This document shows, in pieces, positions 20,172-29,354 of a stretch of 64,000 nt of DNA. Numbering within the stretch: position 1 is the stretch's first letter; each line of letters starts with the position of its first letter. The stretch comes from a virus. Taxonomy: Duplodnaviria; Caudoviricetes. The translations under genes were made by a program, and so were the position numbers. The stretch is taken from positions 72,535-136,534 of IMG/VR virus record IMGVR_UViG_2811995030_000001; one strand, written 5' to 3'. The notes beneath the pieces were generated by a model. The model was not told the origin of the DNA. It worked only from the letters and a program-made list of their open reading frames with translations, and searched no databases.

Positions 20172-20276
20172 TAAAAAGGTTTACTTACAAAGGAATAAAT
20201 TATAAAATTGAGAATGAATCTTATTAAAAGTAATTTATTATCCTTTTTCGATATTGTTTAGATTCACTATGAGAGG

Positions 20277-21659
20277 ATGAAAAGTATGAAATTGGGAAGA
20301 GATTTTGAGGAAGTGTGTGAGGTTGTTACAGAAGCAATTCAAATGTATAAGAGAAACAGAAGAAGATATCCTTTAGTTCAAGTAATTGCTGAAGACCTTA
20401 CAAAGTACAGTGTGAACCCTAGTTACATTAGAGATATATTTAACAATCCAGAAGAAAAGCTAAGAGAAGTAGATAGAAAATTAGTTATTTTATTTATGGA
20501 AGCATTTTACAGACATGAACAAATTCAAGGCGTAGAACCAAGTTTATACTTTACAGAACCAGAGATTAAAGAGGCTAAATTGTACGATGGCATGGAAGGT
20601 AGAAATGTTGATCTAGGCTTACCTTACACATTTAATCGTGCATTGCCAGCAGGAGTAGACGCTTATTTAGCTACTGTTACTCCAAGTGATATTAAGAATT
20701 TAATGGATGGTCAGGATTTACATTATGATTTTGAAACTCAACGTGAAGCTGATTTCATTAAGACTCACGAGGGGGTTCGTGCTGTTCCTAAGATTAACTC
20801 AAATAATATCGCTGAAATGGCAGATTTAATGGTTAAGGGAGAATTAATGCCAAGTACATTAGTTTGGAATGCTGCGGTAGGAACTTCAGATACAGGTGAC
20901 GAATTAGTATACGATGTTAAATCTACATCTTTAACTATCCAAAGAGGAACAATTGTTAATAATTTAGACGGTTATCATCGTTGCAAAGCTACAGTAAGAG
21001 CGTTTGAGATTGATCCTGAGTTTGATAAGAAACATAGCTTTGTATTCTCTGTATTAGTTGTAAACTATTCAACTAAACAAGCTCAAAAGTATTTAGCTCA
21101 ACACGCTAAAGCTATGCCTATGTCAGTAACTCATGTTGAAATGTTGGATGCTGTACGTAGGGGTGACGACATAATTAAACAATTGAGGAATGAATCTGAC
21201 TTAGCAGGTCGTATTTCTACTAAAGAAAATGCTATGGTGTCAGTAGATCAATTAACAACTTATAAAGTATTAGTGGAAGCAATTGAAAAAGATTTCAAAT
21301 TAGATAGTAAAATGAAGACAATTAAAGCTGGAGATTATTTAGTTAAATTCTTTACTTATTTATTAGGTGAATTTGAAGATGAGTTTACGAATAAATATCA
21401 AGAGACTAGAGAATATTCTTTTATAAATCATAGTTCGATGTTCGCTGGATACATTAGATTAGCAAGTAAAATGTATTATGAAGAAATTTCATTAGACAAC
21501 TTAGAGAAAATAATTAATAGTATAGATTTTAGTAAAGACTCGGACAACTTTAAAGAATTAAATAATGAAAAGAATCCAGAATCAGCTAAAGCACAACAAA
21601 TATGCAGAGACTTTTTTGACAAATTAGATATAGAGAAATCGATAGGGGCGATTAAGTGA
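20277..21659 (+). CDS. DGQHR/DndB-like DNA-binding protein, SPbeta YopQ/SroE-like
   Basis: NLDGYHRCKA (DGQHR motif), 460 aa, between two integrase-like genes. Confidence 0.8.
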   Translation: MKSMKLGRDFEEVCEVVTEAIQMYKRNRRRYPLVQVIAEDLTKYSVNPSYIRDIFNNPEEKLREVDRKLVILFMEAFYRHEQIQGVEPSLYFTEPEIKEAKLYDGMEGRNVDLGLPYTFNRALPAGVDAYLATVTPSDIKNLMDGQDLHYDFETQREADFIKTHEGVRAVPKINSNNIAEMADLMVKGELMPSTLVWNAAVGTSDTGDELVYDVKSTSLTIQRGTIVNNLDGYHRCKATVRAFEIDPEFDKKHSFVFSVLVVNYSTKQAQKYLAQHAKAMPMSVTHVEMLDAVRRGDDIIKQLRNESDLAGRISTKENAMVSVDQLTTYKVLVEAIEKDFKLDSKMKTIKAGDYLVKFFTYLLGEFEDEFTNKYQETREYSFINHSSMFAGYIRLASKMYYEEISLDNLEKIINSIDFSKDSDNFKELNNEKNPESAKAQQICRDFFDKLDIEKSIGAIK

Positions 21660-22684
21660 TGACTGGTTTTTATAATGAGGGATTAAAACTAGCTTATATG
21701 CATCGTGAGGGTGCGCCAGAAAGTACAGAAGATATATATAAATCGGTATTCAGACGTTCTAAAGTAGAAGAGGAGCGTTTACAAAGAGACTTAAAGGATT
21801 TCACTAGGGATGATTTTCGTAATTTATTTCATTATTTAGAGCCATCAACCATACCTGCTGTAAGAACATTGGCAAGTTTTATATCTAACTATGTAGAATG
21901 GACAATTGAAAACGGACATAGAACCAGTAGAGATAATCCGCTGAAGCCATTAGGAGACAGTTTTATTGAGGCCGTAGTGTCTGGACATAAATTATATATA
22001 AATGAAGAAGAATTATTAGAAATTGAAGCTGATCCAAGAATTAGTTTTGCTAATAAAGTAATCCTTAGATTAATATGGGAAGGTGTTTTAGGTAAGGCTA
22101 ATTCTGAATTATTGAATTTACACAAAGATGATATAGATTTTGATAAACGAATGTTGACTTTACGTGATGATGATAAAGATATAGGTGAGAGAACTATACA
22201 AGTTAGTGAAAGATGTATTGAAATAATCAAAGCAGCATTGAATGAAGATAATTATACAATTACAACGCCTAGAGGCAATAGAGATTTTGAATTGATAAAT
22301 ACAGGATATGTTATAAAGAAAACTACATTTGGTAAAGCATCTGCTGATACATCTGGTAAAGCAACTAAACAGGTAACAATGAGTCGATTAAAAGATGTGG
22401 CATATGGTCTAGAAATGAAATTCCTAACACCTACAAATGTAAGAAGATCAGGAATGATAAATATGGCTAAGAATTTATTTTTACGTGATGGAGAATTATC
22501 ACCTGAACAATTTAGAGAAATATCTAAGCAATTTGGAATTAAGAAAATCAACAGAAGCTCAAATCCAAATGAAGTTAATATGGATTATAATTATTATTAT
22601 ACAGTAAAGGTGTTTACAACAAGAGACAACATTCTAAAGTTATATGGAATAGACATCGAGAAAGAACCTTCTACTCAACAGTAA
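21656..22684 (+). CDS. integrase-fold master repressor, SPbeta YopR/MrpR/SroF-like
   Basis: Tyrosine-recombinase-like segments (LRLIWEGV...ELLNL..DDID; LTPTNVRRSGMI) lacking the catalytic R and HxxR His; synteny. Confidence 0.8.
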   Translation: MMTGFYNEGLKLAYMHREGAPESTEDIYKSVFRRSKVEEERLQRDLKDFTRDDFRNLFHYLEPSTIPAVRTLASFISNYVEWTIENGHRTSRDNPLKPLGDSFIEAVVSGHKLYINEEELLEIEADPRISFANKVILRLIWEGVLGKANSELLNLHKDDIDFDKRMLTLRDDDKDIGERTIQVSERCIEIIKAALNEDNYTITTPRGNRDFELINTGYVIKKTTFGKASADTSGKATKQVTMSRLKDVAYGLEMKFLTPTNVRRSGMINMAKNLFLRDGELSPEQFREISKQFGIKKINRSSNPNEVNMDYNYYYTVKVFTTRDNILKLYGIDIEKEPSTQQ

Positions 22685-22690
22685 GCCAAA

Positions 22691-22720
22691 TAGCCCTCTT
22701 TAATATGGGAGGGCTAAAAA
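22691..22720 (+). terminator. stem-loop terminator after the repression operon
   Basis: TAGCCCTCTT-TAATAT-GGGAGGGCTA. Confidence 0.6.
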
Positions 22721-22754
22721 TTTAATTTGTAAACAAAAATAAATTACAATTTTG

Positions 22755-22783
22755 TTGTAATTATTTGAAACTTAGAATATAAT
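22755..22783 (+). promoter_or_regulatory. sigmaA-type promoter with no downstream ORF
   Basis: TTGTAA-17-TATAAT, preceded by AAAAATAAATTACAA. Confidence 0.55.
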
Positions 22784-23038
22784 GAAATAAAGTAACTAAG
22801 TTACAAGAAGTGAAATGCTAGGAAACTAGGATAAAATTGTACATAATGTGAATAAATTTTCAAAATTAGGTCTTGTGCGTGTTTTTCGACAAAAATAGAC
22901 ATGGCTACATTTAGTAAAATATAGTAAGATAGATAGAGAGCAAGATAGTCCATTCTAACTAAGAACTACTCTCAATAGAGTAGTTGATGGTGAGCCGAAA
23001 GAATCCAAGTTATGGATTGCTAACGACTCGTAAACTTA

Positions 23039-23245
23039 CTATTCCCAACTATAGAGATCGTCAATCTGACAATCTAGCGCAAGAGAAATAGATTTAGCAG
23101 TAACAAGGCTCATCGACTTTCGGTTGTTTGAATAATCCGATATTCGCTGTTCGGACATGCCTGTTCGCTCTGCTAACCAACGAGCTGTTTTCTTGCGCTC
23201 CTTAAGCAAAATAGTAAGCCTACAGCGTCCTAGTTTGATGTTCAT
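23039..23245 (-). CDS. XRE/Cro HTH regulator, SPbeta YopS-like
   Basis: GRCRLTILL...LAERTGMSEQRISDYSNNRKSMSL..AKSISLALDC.IDDLY; GAGGTGA SD. Confidence 0.85.
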   Translation of the reverse strand: MNIKLGRCRLTILLKERKKTARWLAERTGMSEQRISDYSNNRKSMSLVTAKSISLALDCQIDDLYSWE

Positions 23246-23398
23246 AGACGGCTCACCTCTTGCTCAATACAACTGTTGAATAACAGTCACCCATCTATAT
23301 TAGCAAAATGTACCGCATATGGAAAGTTTTTTGTGAGAGAGTTAAAGTTTAGGTATTTTAGTAGTTTATTGAAGAAAAATCGGGTATAATGTAAAATG

Positions 23399-23412
23399 AG
23401 AACTACTGTTCT
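23399..23412. promoter_or_regulatory. putative LexA(DinR) SOS box
   Basis: AGAAC-TACT-GTTCT (Firmicute GAAC-N4-GTTC), 8 nt downstream of TATAAT at 23385. Confidence 0.6.
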
Positions 23413-23444
23413 ATTTTGCTTCACTAAGAGGAGGAAGGCATCAA

Positions 23445-23759
23445 ATGGAAAAAAAGTTATACAGTGTAGGTGGGAGAATTACTATAGATTTTAGAATGAT
23501 GGCTGAAACAATGACAGAAGAGCAAGCTAAAAAAGCAATTGAAAATCTTTTACTTATGGTGGAAGAAACTACATTAAGCACCAAGGCAGCAAACGAAGAG
23601 AGCTATAAGTTTGAGGTTTCTAATATAGAAGCAGAAGTGGAGTATGTAGAAGAAGAGCATTGGGTTGATGAAAGTCTTGAGGATTGTGACTACGTTAAAA
23701 CATGTATTAATGGTACATGTATCGAAGGCACGTGTTCTTGTGATGAAAATAAAAAATGA
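23445..23759 (+). CDS. acidic hypothetical protein with Cys-rich tail
   Basis: GAGGAGG SD; downstream of the SOS box. Confidence 0.7.
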   Translation: MEKKLYSVGGRITIDFRMMAETMTEEQAKKAIENLLLMVEETTLSTKAANEESYKFEVSNIEAEVEYVEEEHWVDESLEDCDYVKTCINGTCIEGTCSCDENKK

Positions 23760-23787
23760 TCGCTACTCTGACAAAGTAAGCGATCAT
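23756..23787. terminator. stem-loop, possibly bidirectional
   Basis: ATGATCGCT...AGCGATCAT preceded by an A-run. Confidence 0.55.
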
Positions 23788-24031
23788 AAAGATTTTATTG
23801 GTTATTCAAAAATTGAAATGAAATTTATTCCTAATTAAATAATAACATGAAATTACGTTGCATAGCAATTACAAAAGTGTTACAGTTTATTGTATTTTCG
23901 TGTACAGCAGTGTAAACCTGTGTAATACACCAGAGACTCTTCATAAATACTTGTTGAGTCTCTCTTTATATAGATAAGTCTATAGAGTAGAAGTTTTAAA
24001 AAAAATAAATAAAATAAATTATAAAAAAGTG

Positions 24032-24060
24032 TTGCAATGGAAAAAGATGCATGCTATATT
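24032..24060 (+). promoter_or_regulatory. sigmaA-type promoter
   Basis: TTGCAA-17-TATATT with extended TG; AAAATAAA(A/T)TA motifs on both sides. Confidence 0.65.
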
Positions 24061-24493
24061 TGAATCAAGAAGAAGTTAACAAAAATAAAATACATTTGAG
24101 AGGTGAATGGAATGGTGTTTGATGAGGTAGTTGTTCAGCACATTAAAAGAAGCCTTAAAAAGTTAGATCAAGAAGATTTACTTACACTTTCAGCTCAGAT
24201 TGATAGCATGGTTGAAAAGAAAGAGAAAAATAGAAAGTATATGGAATCATACATAGAGGCCAGCTTAAAGGTAGGAGAATAAAATGTTAATAGTTGAGAA
24301 ATTACATAAAGTCATAGAAGAGGCGCAGACGGCCTTAGAGTTAATTGAAAGTGGGAAGGTTAGAGACAGCATTAAACACTTAGATGAAGTGAAAGATAGC
24401 AACTTTGCAGCTACTCATCTAGCTTGGATCATGGTTAAGGATGAGGAATAATTAAAGTCAAAAGATTATTTTACATAGAAGAGGTGAAAGGCG

Positions 24494-24682
24494 ATTAATG
24501 ATAAAGATGGAGTTTTAGTTGGAATATGGAGAGAAGTTTTAAATATATTGGACGCTCACTACAAGGAATATCAAACACCAATGTCACTAGAGGATTTAAT
24601 AAAAGCTTCAGGTGCTAAACAGGAGGAAACTAAACAAGAAATAGAAGGTGCTTATAATCTTTGGGTAGGAACGACACTTTAA
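24494..24682 (+). CDS. 62-aa hypothetical protein with ATT start
   Basis: GAGGTG SD 7 nt upstream of ATT; in-frame stop just upstream; no canonical start near the 5' end. Confidence 0.55.
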   Translation: MNDKDGVLVGIWREVLNILDAHYKEYQTPMSLEDLIKASGAKQEETKQEIEGAYNLWVGTTL

Positions 24683-24695
24683 GGAGGAATTAAAT

Positions 24696-25271
24696 ATGCA
24701 AGCATGGGAAGTATATAAGAACTTACAAGAAGGTAAACAAATGAGATTGAGAGGATGGGGAGATGGGGCATATATTGAGTTAAATGAAGATCTTGTAACA
24801 TTTACAGACGAATCAGGTGTGACAGGTAATATTGATGCTTATCTAATTAATAGTGATGATTGGGAATTTTACCACATTCCACGATTTGCTGTAGGAGATT
24901 TAATTACAGATGGTAGAGGTCGAATTATAGAAGTTTCAAAAGTCCACAAAATGAATGACGGCAGCTACTTATACACTATTGCAAGCGACATACAGAAAGG
25001 CTGGAAGTATCCATTCGATGAATGGAGAAAAGCAACGAAAGAAGAGATTGAACAAGAAAAGGAAAAGCGTAAATGGGCTAAATGGGGTCGTGAAATAAAT
25101 GAATTTAAAGAGACGGATATTGTTCTATTTAGACCTAAGCGCGAAGTATATGAAGTTGTAGACATCAAAGAGAATGGAATTGAAATTGCGCAGGGTTACA
25201 ATTCTTTAATGATAGTGTCTTGTAAGGACTTGAAAATGATAGCGCCAAGAGAAAATCGGGTAGATTTGTAA
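24696..25271 (+). CDS. protein with N-terminal DUF2829/Tad2-like domain
   Basis: EVYKNLQEGKQMRLRGWGDGAYI...INSDDWEFY resembles the Tad2/DUF2829 pattern. Confidence 0.55.
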   Translation: MQAWEVYKNLQEGKQMRLRGWGDGAYIELNEDLVTFTDESGVTGNIDAYLINSDDWEFYHIPRFAVGDLITDGRGRIIEVSKVHKMNDGSYLYTIASDIQKGWKYPFDEWRKATKEEIEQEKEKRKWAKWGREINEFKETDIVLFRPKREVYEVVDIKENGIEIAQGYNSLMIVSCKDLKMIAPRENRVDL

Positions 25272-25318
25272 TATCGGTAAATGCATTCTTTTACATAGAA
25301 TTAAAAGGGGGAGAAATT

Positions 25319-25648
25319 ATGAAAGTGCTAACTAAGTATCCTGTAGTAAGTCAGAACGGTAATCAGTATAGAATAGATGCATGGGAAGATAAGTGGGGAA
25401 CAGCTCATATTGAAGTGTTTGTATATTTAGGTAAGAGTAAAATATTCAAAAGAGATAAATTTAAAAGTGTGTACGGTGGAGATGAATATGGAACTGCATA
25501 TGATGCTCCACGTTGGAAATATAATTATGTGGCTATGGCAAAAGATCAAGTGATAAGCTATGAGAATTACTTGAAAAATATTGAAAGAAAAGCAACAGAG
25601 AGAAATGATGGAGTAAAGGAATTTAGTAAATGGGATGGTAAGTGTTAA
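25319..25648 (+). CDS. hypothetical phage protein
   Basis: AGGGGGAG SD. Confidence 0.75.
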   Translation: MKVLTKYPVVSQNGNQYRIDAWEDKWGTAHIEVFVYLGKSKIFKRDKFKSVYGGDEYGTAYDAPRWKYNYVAMAKDQVISYENYLKNIERKATERNDGVKEFSKWDGKC

Positions 25649-25674
25649 ATAAATTATATATTGGAGTGATTTAA

Positions 25675-25929
25675 ATGCGCACAGATAATAAAGCTCTACT
25701 TGCGTTAGCTGATAAATTAATTGGAATTATGGAAGATTGTAATGATGAAAATACTTTTAAAAGATTGAATGATTTAATTGAAGAGTCACTAAAACAAGTA
25801 GAGGATGCAGTGTTGGCTGATACTTATGGTGATGTATTGATTGCTAGTGAAACAGGTAAAACGAAAATGTATGAAGTACAAAGCACTGAGGAGATTTTTA
25901 AATTAGTAAATAAATTGGAGGAGTGTTAA
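25675..25929 (+). CDS. hypothetical protein
   Basis: GGAGTGA SD. Confidence 0.7.
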   Translation: MRTDNKALLALADKLIGIMEDCNDENTFKRLNDLIEESLKQVEDAVLADTYGDVLIASETGKTKMYEVQSTEEIFKLVNKLEEC

Positions 25930-26190
25930 GTGAAAATGCTCATTACAGAAGAAATGATTGACGGCTTTAATGATGTTATGGTTGATCTTAAAAGTCCTGT
26001 ACGTTTAAAGATGTCGGAAACAATCAGAAGTGTTCATATCATTCTTAATAATGACGACTTTATTGAAAGCTATATTATTAATCTCAATAAAAAGTTTTAT
26101 AGCTTATTGGAAGACTTCTTTAAGAATAACTGCGGATTAACTAAGATTGAATATAATAATACAGGTTCGGTGTTTTGGAGTTATGGATAA
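25930..26190 (+). CDS. hypothetical protein
   Basis: GGAGG SD; abuts the previous stop. Confidence 0.7.
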   Translation: MKMLITEEMIDGFNDVMVDLKSPVRLKMSETIRSVHIILNNDDFIESYIINLNKKFYSLLEDFFKNNCGLTKIEYNNTGSVFWSYG

Positions 26191-26202
26191 GGAGGCTATG
26201 AA

Positions 26203-26388
26203 ATGGATGGAGAAAAAGTAATTAAAGCTTTTCTTACCCTCAATGGATTCAAGTCTGTTTCTCTAAAAGATAAAGTGTTATGGATTCTATTTTATGTACC
26301 TTTTCTACTTGTGATTACATGGATACTTGTTGGTCAAGGATTATACATGCTGCTTAAGTGGATGAAAGGTAAGTTTGTATCTAAATAA
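26203..26388 (+). CDS. small membrane protein
   Basis: AAGGAGG SD; one long hydrophobic segment. Confidence 0.7.
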   Translation: MDGEKVIKAFLTLNGFKSVSLKDKVLWILFYVPFLLVITWILVGQGLYMLLKWMKGKFVSK

Positions 26389-26468
26389 GATTATGGAATG
26401 AATAATGCTGTAAAATATACCTTTTATAGAGAATAAATAATAAATAAAGTTAAAAATGAGGTGAATAT

Positions 26469-26915
26469 TTGAAGGATATTAAATATAAAGCATGGGATAA
26501 CGTGGAAAATAAGATGTATTATGTTGGCGAAGAGGACGATATTCTCTTCACTCTTAATGACGGATACATAGAAGCTGAGAAAATTATTGGATATAAAGAT
26601 GAATATCCATTAGAAGCTGAAACTGAGAAGCTTGAGCATCTTCAGTACTTACAATACACAAACTTAGATGACACCAACGGAAATAAAATATATGAAAAGG
26701 ATTTAGCTTATTATACTCTTCGCAGCAAAGGTAAAACTTTATTAACTGTTGTAGTTTACGATAGTCGAAAAGGTCATTATCTATACTGTCCAGTAGACTT
26801 ATATAAGATTAATGCAGGTCATGGAAGCTATACTGGATTCGATCATCATTTAGGTGGAATTATTGAAGTAGTGGGTAGTTTATATGAGAAATCTGAGTTA
26901 TTGGAGGTAGAATAA
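26469..26915 (+). CDS. YopX family protein
   Basis: IKYKAWD...LQYTNLDDTNGNKIYEKD...IEVVGSLYE. Confidence 0.85.
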   Translation: MKDIKYKAWDNVENKMYYVGEEDDILFTLNDGYIEAEKIIGYKDEYPLEAETEKLEHLQYLQYTNLDDTNGNKIYEKDLAYYTLRSKGKTLLTVVVYDSRKGHYLYCPVDLYKINAGHGSYTGFDHHLGGIIEVVGSLYEKSELLEVE

Positions 26916-27340
26916 TGCATAAATTTAAACTCCCTATTGGAGATTGGTCAGATGACGGACATGGAAAATGTGATTATTATACTGTAATTTCTAATAAATC
27001 TGTAGAGGAAGTTAGAGATATTCATTTTCAAATTAAAGAAAAAACAGGTTTTGATATACATAAGATTTGCAATAAATATGAAGAGGACACTGTTGACCTT
27101 GAGGAGCTAGAAGAGCTTGAGGAATTAGGATTTAGAATATCAGAAGAAAATATTAATAGAGAAGAAGGTATTGTTTCGATTTATTCTAGTGACTTAGCTG
27201 ACTTGTGGATGTTCCTACTTATGAAAATTGATAATGACTTAGTGTTGAAACTTGAAGAGCCTATTCCGATGTTATCTTTCTTCGGATTTGATGAAAAGAA
27301 ACGACATATTGATTTTGTAGGATACGGATGTTTTCAATAA
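26915..27340 (+). CDS. hypothetical phage protein
   Basis: GGAGG SD; TAATG coupling. Confidence 0.75.
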   Translation: MHKFKLPIGDWSDDGHGKCDYYTVISNKSVEEVRDIHFQIKEKTGFDIHKICNKYEEDTVDLEELEELEELGFRISEENINREEGIVSIYSSDLADLWMFLLMKIDNDLVLKLEEPIPMLSFFGFDEKKRHIDFVGYGCFQ

Positions 27341-27383
27341 TCTGTATATAACTAATCTTTCTTACAGAAATGGAGGAGTATAA

Positions 27384-27653
27384 ATGAAAACACCAGAACA
27401 GCTTATTCAAGAGGATAAGGTTGCTTTCTACGGAAGTTTTATCTCGTCAATGGTGTATATAAATGAGGCTGTTACGGAGGCAATTGAAGAGATGGTGGCC
27501 GTTGGATACGTCAGTGTAGAATCGGAGTCTATGGTGCAGAGAATTGAAGCTTTCGCTGATCTTTTAGGATATGAGTTAGAGGTTATGCCCGATGCTGATA
27601 GTGATGATTACTGGTATGATGTAGAAGTTGTTAATTGGCAGGTTAAATCATGA
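27384..27653 (+). CDS. acidic hypothetical protein
   Basis: GGAGG SD. Confidence 0.7.
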   Translation: MKTPEQLIQEDKVAFYGSFISSMVYINEAVTEAIEEMVAVGYVSVESESMVQRIEAFADLLGYELEVMPDADSDDYWYDVEVVNWQVKS

Positions 27654-27810
27654 GTAAATTGAGTATTCAGAAGCCGTTAACCGATGAGCAAATACATAAT
27701 ATGCAGCAAGAAGAAAAGAAAAAGGAAGAAAATAGAGGTTGAATAATTACATAAAAGTTGCATTTTACAGGAAAATAAATAATATAAAATACATAAAAGG
27801 TGGAATATAT

Positions 27811-28620
27811 TTGACAAAACAATTATTAGGAACTTTAGAGCTTGACCGTGTTTATCAAATGAATTGTTTAAATGGGATGAAGTTGATTTCTGATAACAGT
27901 GTAGATTTAACGGTTACGTCTCCACCCTATGATAATTTACGTAAGTATAATGGTTATTCGTTTGATTTTGAATCTGTTGCTAATGAACTTTATAGAATTA
28001 CTAGAAATGGGGGAATTGTGGTATGGGTTGTAAATGACTCTACTGTAAAAGGAAGTGAATCAGGTACAAGTTTTAAGCAGGCATTGTTCTTTAAAGAAGT
28101 GGGCTTTAACCTCCATGACACAATGATTTACGCTAAAACAAACCCCATGCCCCTTACGCATAGTAGGTATGAACAACAGTTTGAATATATGTTTGTATTA
28201 GCTAAAGGAAAGCCGAATACATTTAACCCACTACTTAAAGAAAATAAAGATTTTGGGAAAATAAAAGGTGGAACATTTAGACACACGGGAGAAGAAACAC
28301 AAGCAAAGCATAAGAAAAAAGAAACAAAAAAAGAAGGATACCGTAATAACATATGGTTTTATTCAGTTGGCAGAGGAGGTACAACAAACGATAAATTCGC
28401 TTTCAAGCATCCTGCCATGTTCCCTGAAAGATTAGCTGAAGATCATATTCTTAGTTGGAGTAATGAAGAAGACGTTGTGTTTGATCCATTTATGGGAAGT
28501 GGTACAACTGCGAAAATGGCATTGCTCAACAATAGAAGATATATTGGATTTGAAATATCAGAAGAATACATAGAAATTGCTAATAAACGGTTAGATAACA
28601 TAGAATTACAGATTACATAA
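27811..28620 (+). CDS. beta-class amino (N4-C/N6-A) DNA methyltransferase
   Basis: TSPPY catalytic motif before HPAMFP and DPFMGSGTT; likely TTG start at 27811. Confidence 0.9.
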   Translation: MTKQLLGTLELDRVYQMNCLNGMKLISDNSVDLTVTSPPYDNLRKYNGYSFDFESVANELYRITRNGGIVVWVVNDSTVKGSESGTSFKQALFFKEVGFNLHDTMIYAKTNPMPLTHSRYEQQFEYMFVLAKGKPNTFNPLLKENKDFGKIKGGTFRHTGEETQAKHKKKETKKEGYRNNIWFYSVGRGGTTNDKFAFKHPAMFPERLAEDHILSWSNEEDVVFDPFMGSGTTAKMALLNNRRYIGFEISEEYIEIANKRLDNIELQIT

Positions 28621-28674
28621 AAGAAACATTTTACAGTACATAAAAAAGGAGAGGCTTAGAAATAAGCCCCTTAC

Positions 28675-28965
28675 TTAACCTCTTGTTGATTTAAGATAAT
28701 CATTAAAGCTACGTTGAGCAATAAGGAGCTTGTTTTCTGCATACTTTTGAGGATTGTTGTTTTCTATAAATCCTTTAGATTTCTCTTCTCTAATAACGCC
28801 AGCTAACATATTGGCTACTCTACATAAGTGGTCAACGGTATCAAGTAAAAGTCTATCATTGTCACGATGATCTGGATCAAATGCTTCATATTGAATATTA
28901 TGCAATACATCTTGAATATTTTTCAATGAATCAATGGCAAATTTATCAACTGTTTTCTTTTCCAT
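28675..28965 (-). CDS. hypothetical helical protein (antisense moron)
   Basis: GAGGTGA SD before ATG 28965; hairpin at 28647-28672 downstream. Confidence 0.7.
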   Translation of the reverse strand: MEKKTVDKFAIDSLKNIQDVLHNIQYEAFDPDHRDNDRLLLDTVDHLCRVANMLAGVIREEKSKGFIENNNPQKYAENKLLIAQRSFNDYLKSTRG

Positions 28966-29040
28966 TATTATCACCTCAGATTTATACATATGCGTTAGGC
29001 AGGAAGTTAGAACAAATAAAATATAATAGGAGTGTTGTGA

Positions 29041-29319
29041 GTGCCGAGAATAATTGAAACTAATCTTAGTATGGTTAGAGATTTTATAAAGGATCATCAA
29101 TCTAGAATCGTAGAGATTGATAGTTGGAATGAATATATACAAAAGATTAAAGAAAATCATCTCGATCTGGAAAATAAAAGCAGGGACGGAACAATATTAC
29201 CTATACCTATAGGAAGAAGAGCTTTTTGTTTAACTTTTGACGACTTTCATCTAAGTTTTATTAGCTACAATTCTAGAAACCAGATGACTAAAACATTATC
29301 CTACTTAATCAGAGAATAA
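29041..29319 (+). CDS. hypothetical protein
   Basis: AGGAGTG SD, GTG start. Confidence 0.6.
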   Translation: MPRIIETNLSMVRDFIKDHQSRIVEIDSWNEYIQKIKENHLDLENKSRDGTILPIPIGRRAFCLTFDDFHLSFISYNSRNQMTKTLSYLIRE

Positions 29320-29354
29320 TATGAGGCAATATTCTATAGAGAAGGAGCTGTTGA

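Noticed and set aside
20277-21659. Dnd phosphorothioation system
   Set aside because: Only a DGQHR/DndB-like protein in yopQ synteny; no dndCDE.
19028-22684. Prophage integrase and att boundary
   Set aside because: Phage-like genes continue on both sides, and the arrangement matches the internal SPbeta repression operon.
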